DNA from: Azolla caroliniana
Taxonomy: Eukaryota; Plantae; Polypodiophyta
Assembly: GCA_043228905.1 (NCBI GenBank)
Contig: JBHGNT010000004.1
Location: 10,354,001 to 10,418,000 of the forward strand
Direction: 5' to 3'
DNA length: 64,000 nucleotides
Under the pieces are notes generated by a model, which saw nothing but the letters and a program-made list of their open reading frames with translations, did not search any database and was not told the DNA's origin. Positions within the stretch are counted from its first letter, which is position 1; each line of letters begins with the position of its first letter. Shown here in pieces: positions 11,802 through 23,480 of this stretch. The position numbers and the translations under genes were made by a program.

Positions 11802-14800
11802 TGATGGAAATAATCGTCACTTTCCAAACTTCACCTCTCGGCCACAACCAAGGAAACACACGAATCGTTGTTGCAGAAAATGGGAAATGCGAAAAATAGA
11901 GTGGACACACGATTTATCGTGGAAAACCCTGTACGGGAAAAACCACGGGAGTACAAGACTCCGAACCAAAACTATGCACAGAGAAATATACAATGGCGAG
12001 CTGCAAGGCGACGACCTTGAGCTCGCTGTCCTCGCCACAGGCGGCGGAATTACACAGAGGCGTCGACCTCTTCCCCTCTCACGCTCTATCTCTCTCACGG
12101 CTACTCTCTCTTCACTCCTCTTGAGTGGAAAAACAGAAAAATGAGTAGCAACATAAAAACTGTTTGCCCTAAGTCATATTTATACACATATGACTTTCGG
12201 GCTTATTTACAAATGTAGCCTCAAGGGCCCTTGGCAAACATATTCACAAATATGTCCCCGCATCCGGATCTCTCTCCGGGTACATTCATCATCCGGCTCC
12301 GAAACCGGGTCTTCATCATCCGGCTCCGAAACCGGGTCTTCATCATTCATATCCGGACATCCGATCATCCCATCCGGAGGGACCGTAATCCCAACAAACT
12401 CCCCCTTCACTTCGGCATGGGATGTCTCTCCAATCCGATCCTCTTCCGGCATGCTTCCAGCTTGTCGGGTGTGAGCACCTTGGTCAGCATATCCGACCCG
12501 TTCTCGTCCGTGTGGATCTTCGTCAGCACGAACTCCTTGTCTTCTATCCTTTCCCGGATCCAGTGGTACCTACGCTGGATGTGTTTCGTCCGGGAATGGT
12601 AGGCCGCGTTCTTTGCAAGGTGGATGGCACTCTGACTATCGCGGTAGAGTCGGTACTCCTCCTGCCGGATCCCGAGCTCTCTAATGAAGTCCTTCATCCA
12701 TATTATTTCCTTGCCGGCTTCAACAGCCGCCATGTACTCCGCCTCCGTGGTTGACAACGCAACCATCTTCTGCAGCCTCGACTGCCACGAAACGGCTCCC
12801 CCTGCATAGGTCATCACATACCCGGATGTGGACCGGCTGGTATCTGCATCAGCCGACATATCCGAATCGGTAAAACCGTCAAGTTCGGGCTTACCGGAGC
12901 CGAATCGGAGGCACACATTTGCCGTGCCCTTCAGGTATCGGAGTATCCACTTGACCGCGTTCCAGTGCTCTTTGCCAAGATTGCTCATGTACCGGCTCAC
13001 CACTCCGACTGCATATCCTATGTCCGGTCTCGTACACACCATGGCGTACATCAAGCTCCCGACGGCTGAGGCATACGGCACTTTCATCATATCCTCCTTT
13101 TCAGCCTTTGTCTTGGGACTTTGCTTGTTGGACAGCTTGCAGTTTGCCGGGAGAGTCGACCCGACTGGTCTTGCTTCCGACATGTTGAACCGTTGAAGCA
13201 CCTTTGTCACGTACTTCTCCTGTGACAGCCACAACTGCTTCTTCTTCCGGTCCCGGATGATGTGCATCCCTAGTATTTGCCTCGCCGGACCCAGGTCCTT
13301 CATTGAGAAGGTTCGGTGAAGAGCCTTCTTCAGCATCCGTATCTTGACCTGGTCCCGTCCGACGATCAACATGTCGTCCACGTATAGGAGGAGTATTAGA
13401 AGGTCTCCTCCGTCGAACTTCTTCACAAACACGCAGTGGTCGGACTGCGTTTTGTAGTACCCTTCATCGGTCATGAAGGAGTCAAACTTTCGGTACCACT
13501 GCCGGGGAGCCTGCTTCAAACCATAAAGGCTCTTCTTCAACCGGCATACCAAGTGCTCCTTCTCTTTCTTCTCGAATCCTTCCGGTTGCTGCATGTATAT
13601 CTCTTCTTCGAGGTCACCGTGAAGGAATGCCGTCTTCACGTCCATCTGTTCTACCTCGAGGTCCATGCTTGCCGCTATGCTCAGCACCGTCCGGATAGAG
13701 GTCATCTTCACTACCGGGGCAAATATCTCGTCGAAGTCGACGCCCTTCTTCTGCTGGAACCCCTTCACCACGATCCTGGCTTTGTATCTCAGGGGGTTTC
13801 CGGCATCTCCCGGTTTCAGCTTGAACACCCACTTGTTACGGAGTGCCCGTTTTCCTTTCGGCAACTCCACAAGTTCATATGTGTGGTTCTCATGCAGGGA
13901 ATCCATCTCCTCCTGCATGGCACTTAACCACCTGCGGCTATGGGTGTCATGCTTTGCTTCTTCAAAGCTCTCCGGCTCCCCCTCGTCGGTTAGCAGCACG
14001 TGCTCTGGTTCCGGAAATCTCCGGGGAGCCCTTCTCTCTCTTAGAGGATATCTCCGTTCCGGAGCTTCGGTAACCGGCTCCTCCGTTTCCTCTTCATCCG
14101 AATCCATTTCGGGATCGGGGCCGGTTCCGGTATCAGTTTCATCTTCCTCGGCCGGTTCTGTTTCTTCATTGTCTTCGGCCGGATCCTCGAGTGCTAACCG
14201 GTCCCTTGCCGGTCGGGACTGCTCCTCGTAGAGTTGATTCTCACCGGTCAACTTGGAGCTCTTCATCTTCTTCTCCGACTCCCAGTCGGCGAGTGTCTTG
14301 TCCTCCATGAAGATGATGTCTCGACTCCTGAATATCTTCTTGTCGACCGGGTCCCATACTCGGTAGCCGAACTCGTCGTCGCCGTAACCGAGGAATATGC
14401 ATGGCCGGGTCTTTGGATCTAGCTTTCCTCTCCGGTCCTTTGCCACATGCACGTATGCGAGACACCCGAACACCTTCAGATGCCGGTAGGACACTTCCTT
14501 ACCGGTCCACACTCTCTGTGGCGTGTCTCCATCCAGGGGTACTGAGGGTGATCTATTTATCACATATGTTGCCGTCGACATTGCCTCAGCCCAAAATCCC
14601 TTGGGTAATTTCGCATGCGCCAGCATACTCCGGACCCTCTCCATTATGGTCCGGTTCATCCTCTCGGCCAGCCCGTTCAGTTCCGGCGTCTTCGGCACAG
14701 TAAACTCGAGCCGGATTCCTTTCGAGCGACAGTACTCCGCGAACTGCCCTCGGTATTCCCCTCCGTTATCCGCTCGTATCGCTTTCAGCTTCTTGCCGGA

Positions 14801-17078
14801 TTCTCTTTCCACTCTCGCGTGGAGTTCTTTGAAGACGGACAACACTTGGTCCTTTGTCTTCAATGGTGCCGACCACAGCTTTCGGCTGTGATCATCAATG
14901 AATGTCACGAAGTACTGGGCTCCGCCATGTGACTTCGTTTCTACCTGACACACATCAGTGTGTACCAACTCCAATGGTACACTACGTCTCGTCGATGGCC
15001 TTGAGTGGAAGGAGGTTCGGTTCTGCTTACCGGCCAGGCAATCGGTGCACTTCTCCAGGTGCACATGTTTCACTGGAATAAGGTTGTCTTCTGCAAGCCT
15101 CTTCATCCCCTTCTCACTCATGTGGCACAGTCTTTTGTGCCACAGCTCACCGGCAGTGTCGGCTGCCACATTCAGCTCTTCCGGACATAACCGGGCATTC
15201 ATCAGGTACAGTGTGTTGACTTTCCGGGCCCCAGCCACTATCAGGCTCCCCTTGCTGAACTTCATTACGCCGTTCCGGATGCTACCTGTGTAGCCTTCAT
15301 CGTCTAGCCTCCCGGCCGAAATCAGGTTCAATCGAACCTCCGGAACGTGTCGGACATCCTTCAGCAGCATTTTGCATCCGGTCAAGGTTGTCAACCACAC
15401 GTCTCCTATGCCGGCAATCCGGCACGTACCTTCATTTCCCATCCGAACACAGCCATGTTCACCGGCTGTGTAGGATGAGAAGTATCTTCTTTCCGGGGTC
15501 AGGTGGAACGACGCTCCGGAATCGACCATCCAGGTCGTCTCATCGCCGGCAATGTTTAGTTCACCTTCTTCTGTGATGAGCATGATTTCTTCCTCACTTG
15601 CCGCGAGTGCCGTCGTTCCTTTCCTGTCCTGCCCTCGCCGATCCGGACCTCTCCGGTCCGTGGCTCCCCGGTATGCACCGTTTCTCTCCGGTGACTTCTT
15701 CGAATCGGTGTCGTCGGCTCCGTTGTCCTTTCGGTAATGCCGACAATTCTTCCGGAAGTGCCCCGGCTTCCCACAGTGGAAGCATGTGGGTCTTCCTCTT
15801 GACTGCGACCGGGTCCCCGACTTCTCCCGTCTTTGCGGACTCCGGTTCCATTGTCTTCCCCGTTCCGATTCGGTAAGCAACGCCTTCGAGTCGGAGGCCG
15901 GTTCTTTATCTCTCCGATGCGCTTCTTCGTTCAAAATACTTGTCTTTACCGTTTGTAGGGACAAGTTATCTTCGGTGCAGGAGGTGCTGAGAGTCACCAC
16001 CAGGTTCTCCCAGCTTTCCGGCAATGTACACATCAGGATGATGGCTTGCATTGCATCCTCCAACGGGAACTTGATCGCCGCAAGCTGGTTCACGAATCCC
16101 ATGAACGTGCTTACGTGTTCCACCATACTCTCGCCGTCCCGGTACTTGAGGTTCACTATCTTCCTCATCAGGGAGGTCCGGTTCAACGCATTCTTCCTCT
16201 CGTAGAGGCCCGACAGCTTCCGCCACATCTCATATGCGTTGGTGTCGTTCGCCACATGTTGTAGAACGCTCACGTCGACGTATTGCCGAATGGTTGCAAC
16301 GGCTTTCCGGTTCAGAAGCCTCCATTCCGACTCAAGTACCCCCTTCGGTATTTCCGACCTGTCAATCGGTTCGTACAGGTCCCGAACAATCAGAAGATCC
16401 TCCATCTTGATCTTCCAGTCGGCGTAATTCTGCGCATTCAGCACCATCATCCCCGGCTGCCCGCTGCCGCCGCCTTCCATTTTCTGCAGCAGCTCGCTCT
16501 GATACCAAATTGATGGAAATAATCGTCACTTTCCAAACTTCACCTCTCGGCCACAACCAAGGAAACACACGAATCGTTGTTGCAGAAAATGGGAAATGCG
16601 AAAAATAGAGTGGACACACGATTTATCGTGGAAAACCCTGTACGGGAAAAACCACGGGAGTACAAGACTCCGAACCAAAACTATGCACAGAGAAATATAC
16701 AATGGCGAGCTGCAAGGCGACGACCTTGAGCTCGCTGTCCTCGCCACAGGCGGCGGAATTACACAGAGGCGTCGACCTCTTCCCCTCTCACGCTCTATCT
16801 CTCTCACGGCTACTCTCTCTTCACTCCTCTTGAGTGGAAAAACAGAAAAATGAGTAGCAACATAAAAACTGTTTGCCCTAAGTCATATTTATACACATAT
16901 GACTTTCGGGCTTATTTACAAATGTAGCCTCAAGGGCCCTTGGCAAACATATTCACAAATATGTCCCCGCATCCGGATCTCTCTCCGGGTACATTCATCA
17001 TCCGGCTCCGAAACCGGGTCTTCATCATTCATATCCAGACATCCGATCATCCCATCCGGAGGGACCGTAATCCCAACA
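11802..17078 (-). mobile_element. Copia E (Tork/Tnt1-like), structurally intact and recent
   Basis: TSD CTTCT at 11797-11801 and 17079-17083. LTRs at 11802-12396 and 16511-17078 are nearly identical. PBS tRNA-iMet at 16496-16507; PPT GTGAAGGGGGAG; single open polyprotein. Confidence 0.96.
12407..16480 (-). CDS. Intact Copia gag-pol polyprotein, 1357 aa
   Basis: CFHCGKPGHFRKNC, WMVDSGAS, LWHKRLCH, HTDV/ADNGGEY/NGLAERMN, LLLYVDDML and RTKHIQRRYH in Copia order, with no stops. Confidence 0.95.
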   Translation of the reverse strand: MEGGGSGQPGMMVLNAQNYADWKIKMEDLLIVRDLYEPIDRSEIPKGVLESEWRLLNRKAVATIRQYVDVSVLQHVANDTNAYEMWRKLSGLYERKNALNRTSLMRKIVNLKYRDGESMVEHVSTFMGFVNQLAAIKFPLEDAMQAIILMCTLPESWENLVVTLSTSCTEDNLSLQTVKTSILNEEAHRRDKEPASDSKALLTESERGRQWNRSPQRREKSGTRSQSRGRPTCFHCGKPGHFRKNCRHYRKDNGADDTDSKKSPERNGAYRGATDRRGPDRRGQDRKGTTALAASEEEIMLITEEGELNIAGDETTWMVDSGASFHLTPERRYFSSYTAGEHGCVRMGNEGTCRIAGIGDVWLTTLTGCKMLLKDVRHVPEVRLNLISAGRLDDEGYTGSIRNGVMKFSKGSLIVAGARKVNTLYLMNARLCPEELNVAADTAGELWHKRLCHMSEKGMKRLAEDNLIPVKHVHLEKCTDCLAGKQNRTSFHSRPSTRRSVPLELVHTDVCQVETKSHGGAQYFVTFIDDHSRKLWSAPLKTKDQVLSVFKELHARVERESGKKLKAIRADNGGEYRGQFAEYCRSKGIRLEFTVPKTPELNGLAERMNRTIMERVRSMLAHAKLPKGFWAEAMSTATYVINRSPSVPLDGDTPQRVWTGKEVSYRHLKVFGCLAYVHVAKDRRGKLDPKTRPCIFLGYGDDEFGYRVWDPVDKKIFRSRDIIFMEDKTLADWESEKKMKSSKLTGENQLYEEQSRPARDRLALEDPAEDNEETEPAEEDETDTGTGPDPEMDSDEEETEEPVTEAPERRYPLRERRAPRRFPEPEHVLLTDEGEPESFEEAKHDTHSRRWLSAMQEEMDSLHENHTYELVELPKGKRALRNKWVFKLKPGDAGNPLRYKARIVVKGFQQKKGVDFDEIFAPVVKMTSIRTVLSIAASMDLEVEQMDVKTAFLHGDLEEEIYMQQPEGFEKKEKEHLVCRLKKSLYGLKQAPRQWYRKFDSFMTDEGYYKTQSDHCVFVKKFDGGDLLILLLYVDDMLIVGRDQVKIRMLKKALHRTFSMKDLGPARQILGMHIIRDRKKKQLWLSQEKYVTKVLQRFNMSEARPVGSTLPANCKLSNKQSPKTKAEKEDMMKVPYASAVGSLMYAMVCTRPDIGYAVGVVSRYMSNLGKEHWNAVKWILRYLKGTANVCLRFGSGKPELDGFTDSDMSADADTSRSTSGYVMTYAGGAVSWQSRLQKMVALSTTEAEYMAAVEAGKEIIWMKDFIRELGIRQEEYRLYRDSQSAIHLAKNAAYHSRTKHIQRRYHWIRERIEDKEFVLTKIHTDENGSDMLTKVLTPDKLEACRKRIGLERHPMPK

Positions 17079-17907
17079 CTTCTGTCGGAACTGAAGCTTC
17101 TTGGCTGTGGTGCTCGCGGTGAAAATCTTCTTCAGATTTTCCCACGCACCCTTCGTCGTCTTTGCATCCCGAACAAAGCTCAATAGTTGTTCGCTCACAC
17201 ACAACGCGAAGCAGTACAATACCCTACTCACTGATTGCTCCCACGACGGGAAGTCTCTGTGTGTCGATTCGGGTGCCGCGTCATTAGCTCCTTCGACATA
17301 ACTTCAGTAGCCGTGCCCGAGCAGGTACTGGTGCATCTTGTAAGACCAAGACGCGTAGTTGGTTCTGTCGAGCTTCTCTGTTGGAAGCGAGCTCGCCATG
17401 CCCCTATCCATCGTTCTTGTGGTTCTTCTTCGTCAAGCTGTGTTGGCTGCAGAGAGGTTCTCAACCCTCGCGCTCTGATACTATGTAGAAAGTAGCGTGC
17501 GGAAGCAAATATGAAGACGGAATACATGGAAGGAAACTTAGCTTCAATGGAGAGCTTGAGCTTATGCAGTATACGCAGGAGAGACAGAGAGAGTGAGAGA
17601 GAAGATAAGAACTATATTCAACAATAATACTCGGTCTGTACATAAGACGTGCTAAGTGAACACTTTTATACAAGTCCTAGAAGGACTAACCGAAGTACTG
17701 ACAGTACTTCAATGCTCATCAAGAGCTCCTACACTAACTCCCAAATATATTCCTCACGGAATATCTTTCCTAACGACCTCCCGGTTTACGCACTCAGCCT
17801 AACCGATCGGTCCCAACCGATCCGGTCCTCGGCTTCTTCAGCCGATCCGGCCGATGTTGAGCTTGTCTCTCAACAGCCTTGAATTGATCCGGTTCTTTCG
17901 AATCTGT

Positions 17908-20900
17908 CTATTGAACAAAATCGATTGTCTTCGATTCGTTCCATCTCTTGTCCGAATCGGTTGCACCCGATTCGTCTTTTGGTTCCAAGCCCTTCACCAC
18001 ATCGGACCATGTCCGGGTCTTGGCCTTCTTCCTTCGGTTGGCTCTATCCTTCTTGACTCTGCCGCCTTCTGTTCTTCCCTCACCACCACAATCGGTAGTC
18101 TCTTTGCCTTTGCCTGTTCCGGTGTCTTTGCCCGTTCTCCCCCTCAAGTGTGGCACATCGAGATGTTGAACACCAAGCATTTCGATGAAGTGTTGCAACT
18201 TGTCCAAGCCGAGTGTTTTGGTGAAGATATCGGCAATTTGCCGATCCGTGTGAACATACCGAAGGTCAACCTCACCGCTCAGGACACGCTCACGCACGAA
18301 GTGATAGTGCACTTCGATGTGTTTTGTGCGAGCATGGAATGTGGGGTTCTTGGCGAGTTGCATGCTGCTTATGTTGTCGCAGTAGACCAGAATCGGGGTT
18401 GGTACCTTGATCCGTAAGTCTTGCAGCAGTCACTGACGCCAAATGGCTTCACAGGTGGCAATGGTAGCGCCCCGATACTCAGCCTCAGTGCTCGACAGAG
18501 CAACTGTTGGCTGCTTTTTGCTACTCCACGCAACAACCGCGCTACCTAGGGAAAACATGTAACCAGAGGTTGATCGGCGATCTGATGCATCGCTGGCCCA
18601 GTCGGCATCCGTGTAACCGACGAGCTCTTCGGGGATATCTCACCGGTAAAACAGTCCCTGGTCCTTGGTGCCGCTGACATACCGCAATATCCATTGCGCG
18701 CACTAAAGGTGCTCCACGGTCGACTTCTGCATGAACTGACTTATCATACCAACCGGATAACTGATGTCGGGTCGCGTGATAGTCAAGTAAATAAGGCTTC
18801 CAACAATTTGTCAGAACCGTTTCTCGTTGCAGGCCGGTCCGGAGCTGGGACGGAGCTTCTGGTTCCGGTCCAAGGGTGTGGAGACAGGTCGGCATTCTGT
18901 CATGCCGAACTTGTACAGCATATTCAAGACGTAATGTCGTTGTGAGAGTAATATGTTGTCGGGGGTTCGGATCACCTCAATCCCAAGAAAATAATGAAGG
19001 TCCCCTAGGTCCTTCATCTCAAATGCGTCTGACAACAGGGACTTGACGCGGTTGATTTCTAGAACACCCGGTCCGTTGATGACTAGATCATCAACATACA
19101 ACAGTATACATACCGGGCCGGCGAAGCCTTGCCGGATGAACAACGAAGAGTCCGATTTGGAGGCCACAAACCCCATCTTACGCAACCGGTGCATGATCTT
19201 CGCATTCCAAGCTCGAGGGGCTTGCTTCAGGCCGTACAACGACTTCTTCAGCCGGCATACCACCGACTTGTTCATCTCCGATTGAAAACCGGGGGGGCTG
19301 AGTCATAAAGACTTCTTCTTCAAGATCACCCTGAAGAAACACATTCTTCACATCCATCTGGTGAAGATGCCATCCCCTTGTTGCAGCAACCGCCAGCACC
19401 ACACAAACCGTCGTCATCTTCGCTACCGGAGCGAAGGTCTCGTCGTAGTCAATTCCGTGGGTCTGCGCGTATCCCTTCGCCACTACTCGGGCTTTATACT
19501 GGTTAATAGAACCGTCGGCATTGTACTTTACTTTGTATATCCACTTGCATCCGATCGGTTTACAGTGACGAGGAGGGTCAACCAGGTCCCATGTCTTGTT
19601 GACATCAAGTGCCCGCATTTCTTCCTCCATAGCGGCACGCCAATTTGCGTTTGTGGTCGCTTCTACGTAGCTCTCCGGCTCACACACTTCCGCCACCTTA
19701 GTCATGTACGCATAGTGATGTGCCATGTACTCATTGTACCCGTACCGCTTGACAGGATCCTTCTGGCGGGTGGACCGGCGTAGCTCACCGTTACCCGGTT
19801 TGAGGCCCTTCTTGGCCAGTTCGGGCTTCATTGCCAAAGATCCACCTTTCTCCCTGCCGGAGTTGGATTCACACCGATCCGACTCATCGTTGCCGGTTTC
19901 GAATTCCAGCATCTTCTTCTTCCCCTTCTCTTTACGCGTGAACCGTCTCCTAGGTTCCTTGCACGGGGAGTGCACGGCAGAGTCTCCACTACTCGTCGGT
20001 TCCTGATCAGACTGGTCAGATTGACTCAGTCTCTCGTTTAGCCCGCTCAGCTGGAACGATTCCAGACTCTCATCTTGAGTTCCCGCTTCATCATCCTCTA
20101 CCAGGGCTGGTTCAGGCTCACTAGCCTCATCCTCCGGCATCGGGTCAGATTCGGAGGTCGGAGTCGGTAAGGAGTACCACGATACTGATTCATCAAACTC
20201 GACATCTCGACTAACTCGGACCTGCTTTGTCCGGGGGTTATAACACTTATAACCCTTTTGCTCTTGAGCATAGCCGACTAGGATGCATTTTTCCGATTTT
20301 GCATCCAGTTTCCTCCGCTTCTCATCCGGTACATGCACATATGCAATGCTACCGAAGATCTTAAGGTGTCTCAAATTCGTCTTGCGCCTGAAATACAGCT
20401 CGTGAGCTGACACCTTGTCACCGATCCAGTTCTGGATGTAGACAATCGTTTGGACTGCCTCCGCCCAGTAGAATTTGGGCATGCTCTTCTCCTCTAGCAT
20501 TGCCCTTGCCGCATCAATGAGCGACCGGTTCTTCCTCTCAGCAACACCGTTCTGATGCGGTATGTATCTGCAGCTGAACTCTCGCTGAATTCCCGTTTGC
20601 TTCAGATAACTGTTGAATTGGCCAGAAAAGTATTCTTTCCTGCCATCCGACTGCAGGCATTTAATCTTCCTCTCCGATTCCCGTTCCACCATGCTTTGGA
20701 GACTCCGGAAACACTCGAAGACTTCACCCTTACGCTCAATGAGGTAGATCCATGTGTGCCGCGTATAGTCGTCGATGAAGGAGACGAAGTATCGACTCCC
20801 GCCAAGACTAACACTCTATGTCGGTCCCCACACATCCGAATGGATTAGGTCGAGCTTGTTACGGCTCTGGTTACATTCGGTAGGGGATGAAAGCCGGTGT

Positions 20901-22440
20901 TGCTTCCCGAGTTGGCAGGTTTCGCATACTTGGGCCTTCCGGCCGCTGAATTTCGGCAAACCGAAAACAACTTGTTTCGTTTGCAGGTCTTGAAGCCTCC
21001 GGTAATTGACGTGGCCTATCCGCTTATGGCACAGGTCGATGTCCGATTCGACCTTCTGTCCTTTTGCAAACAGAGCGGTGCCGACGTCATTGGTGTCAAG
21101 GATAAACATCCTCCCTTCTTTGCGCCCTTGCGCAATAATTTGGCCCTCTTCCTCGATGAAGCACCCGAGGTACGTAAACCGCACCTGCATCCCCTAGTCG
21201 ACTATCTGTCCGACCGACACCAGGTTCTTCGTGATTGTCGAAACGTGTAATACGTTCATCAGCTTCCCCTTCTGTCCGACGTGGCTCAAAGGGACTTCTC
21301 CGACGTGCACGATTAGGTGAGGAGTGTCATCTCCGGTTTCGACTACTCCTGGTTGATCCAGTTTTTCCAAAAAGGAGAACCACTCTTTGTGGCTCGTCAT
21401 GTGGTTCGACGCACCGGAGTCAACATACCAGACTTCCTCCGATTTGGAAGTGGTCTTCTTCATCGAGTTCGCCTCGTGCTTCATCACCAAGGTTGGCACA
21501 TTACCATTCTTGGATCCTCCCGATCCCTTCGCGTAGTGCAAGCTTTGTGGGCCATCCTTGTCGGCCTTGCCGGATCCGGATTTGTCCGATTCGGCTCGTT
21601 TTCTCCAGCACTCGCTTTCTTTGTGGCCCTTTTTGCCCTAGTACCAGCATTCCGTTGCTGACCTCTCTTGCCGTCTTCCGGTGTCGCCATGACTCCCCCT
21701 GCCAGTGGAAGTCTCGGAACTGCTGTCGGCACGTTCTCTGTGCCTTCGTTCTTGCTCTTGCCGGCCGCCTCCATTGCATGCCAACCCGCCTCGTCCACCA
21801 CACCCACGGGACCGATCTGCCTCCGTGTATAGCATCCGGCTGTCAGTGGGTGTGCTAGTTGACGCACCGGGGTGGTTCTCCTCTACAAGGAGCATCGATT
21901 GTAAGTCGAAAAATGACAGCGTATTCTCCCTTGTACACACTGTCGTTCGGAACGCTCTAAACTTAGACACCAAGTCCCCAAGACAGACTTGTACCATCTC
22001 GTCTTCCTCTACGGTAACGTTGATAGAGGCAAGCGAGTCACAGATCTCTTTGATCCGGGCCGTGTAATCCGCCATCGACGTGTCCTTCTGTCGGACATTG
22101 CTCAACTCATGTCGGAGTTGCAGCTTCCGGGTTGTAGTGCTCGCGGCGAAAACCTTCTTCAGGTTCCCCCAAGCCTCCTTCGGCGTCTTGGCGTCTCGGA
22201 TGTGGCTCAGCAGCTGGTCTTCGACACTGGACGCGAAGCAGTACGTCACTCTGCTTGCCGATTGTTCCCACATTGGGAAGTCCTTATGTGCCGCATCAAG
22301 TGTTGTTTCGTTGGCTCCTTCGACGAAACTCTAGTAGCCATGCCTAAGCAGGTACTGGTGCATCTTATACGACCAAGATGCATAGTTGGATCTGTCGAGT
22401 TTCTCCACAAGGAGCGAGCTAGCCATCCCTCTATCCATCA
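17908..22440 (-). pseudogene. Disrupted gag-pol of Copia C
   Basis: ORF fragments 21638-22273 (gag), 21194-21541 (AP), 20816-21190 and 19178-20692 (INT/RT), 18811-19275 (RT) and 17908-18363 (RH). Confidence 0.88.
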
Positions 22441-22533
22441 CTTCTCTGTTTGTTGTTTTTACGACCTGTTAGGGTTTGCTATTAGTGTTTGTCGGCTACA
22501 GAGGAGGTTCTCAACCCTCGCGCTCTGATACCA

Positions 22534-22947
22534 TGTAACGATTACTTGCGGAAGCGTTAGAAAACAAAGAAAGTAGTGAATACACAGAGTACGCAGGAGA
22601 GACAGAGAGAGCAGAACGTAAAAACTATATTCAAAAACGATATAATTACACAGTCACCTACAACTATGCTCAATAGCATTATTTATACAAGTCCTTGTGG
22701 GACTGACAGAAGTACCGCGTACTTCAATGCTCACACGAGCATCTAACACTTACTACGAGACTATAATTGCCTAGTAGTCTACACTAATACTAGGCTTCCG
22801 GTTACTGATTGGATCCGGTTAACCGGCTCCCCAACTCACCGGCTCTGTTGCTTGCCAGACCAGTTGCTCACAGCTTACCGATCCGTCTCGCTTGCCGGCT
22901 CAGGCTTATTCAGCCGATCCGGCTCCAGTTGAGCTTGCCGCTCAACA
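22534..22947 (-). repeat. 5' LTR of Copia C
   Basis: TG...CA termini, abuts the PBS, direct repeat of 6255-6633. Confidence 0.9.
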
Positions 22948-23480
22948 TGTATTAACAACCATTGGAAAGTGGTGATTCGTCGTGCGTGTTGTTGTTTCCA
23001 AATTTTTTTCCAAAACTTGGTGATAATTGAGTGAGGAACCTGATATGTGTGTCGAACCTTTGCAACAGCCAGCTCTCGAGCAGTTTGAGCAGCTAGAATA
23101 TGGCGACCCAATCTAGTTGTGAATTGAAAGAAAGGGATGGGTTTGCTTCCTTGCCCCGCATAAGGATTATGCCATGTCCATTGCAAACGGTCCCAACTAA
23201 CCTTACATAGCCATGTGTTTTCATGAGTACATATGTGCCAATTTGGTTGTACTTTCACAGGATCAGGATCTACAATCCATTTATGCCCAGTATACAGTAG
23301 TACTTGAATTGCCTTATTCTGTGTTGGTGTCTCATTGTCTTGCAATTCAGAGCTTGCGATCTTGTCTGGTGTTTCCCTATCTCTTGGGATCAAAGAACCC
23401 TCCTCCTCGTAGCCTATCCATTTCTCTATTGTCATACTATATTTTCTTTTGTAGCGATACTTCCAAATTTAAGTTATTAT
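22948..23480 (-). mobile_element. Upstream part of the L1-like LINE fragment (5' boundary approximate)
   Basis: ORF reads FWKKIWKQQHARRITTFQWLLIH, which joins RSLPVGAW at 6254 once Copia C is removed; typical zf-RVT N-terminal half. Confidence 0.72.

Larger units (their letters stand above)
6922..17875 (-). mobile_element. Copia D (family of A/H), inserted in the 3' region of C; host of E
   Basis: TSD GCCTT at 6917-6921 and 17876-17880. LTRs at 6922-7309 and 17484-17875. Mutated PBS TAGTATCAGAGC. Frameshifted gag-AP-INT-RT-RH in ORFs 7430-11800 and ~17084-17410. Confidence 0.93.
6255..22947 (-). mobile_element. Copia C, full-length but mutated; host of D
   Basis: TSD TGTAT at 6250-6254 and 22948-22952. 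LTRs at 6255-6633 and 22534-22947. PBS TGGTATCAGAGC (tRNA-iMet) at 22522-22533. gag/AP/INT/RT/RH fragments at 17908-22440. Confidence 0.93.
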
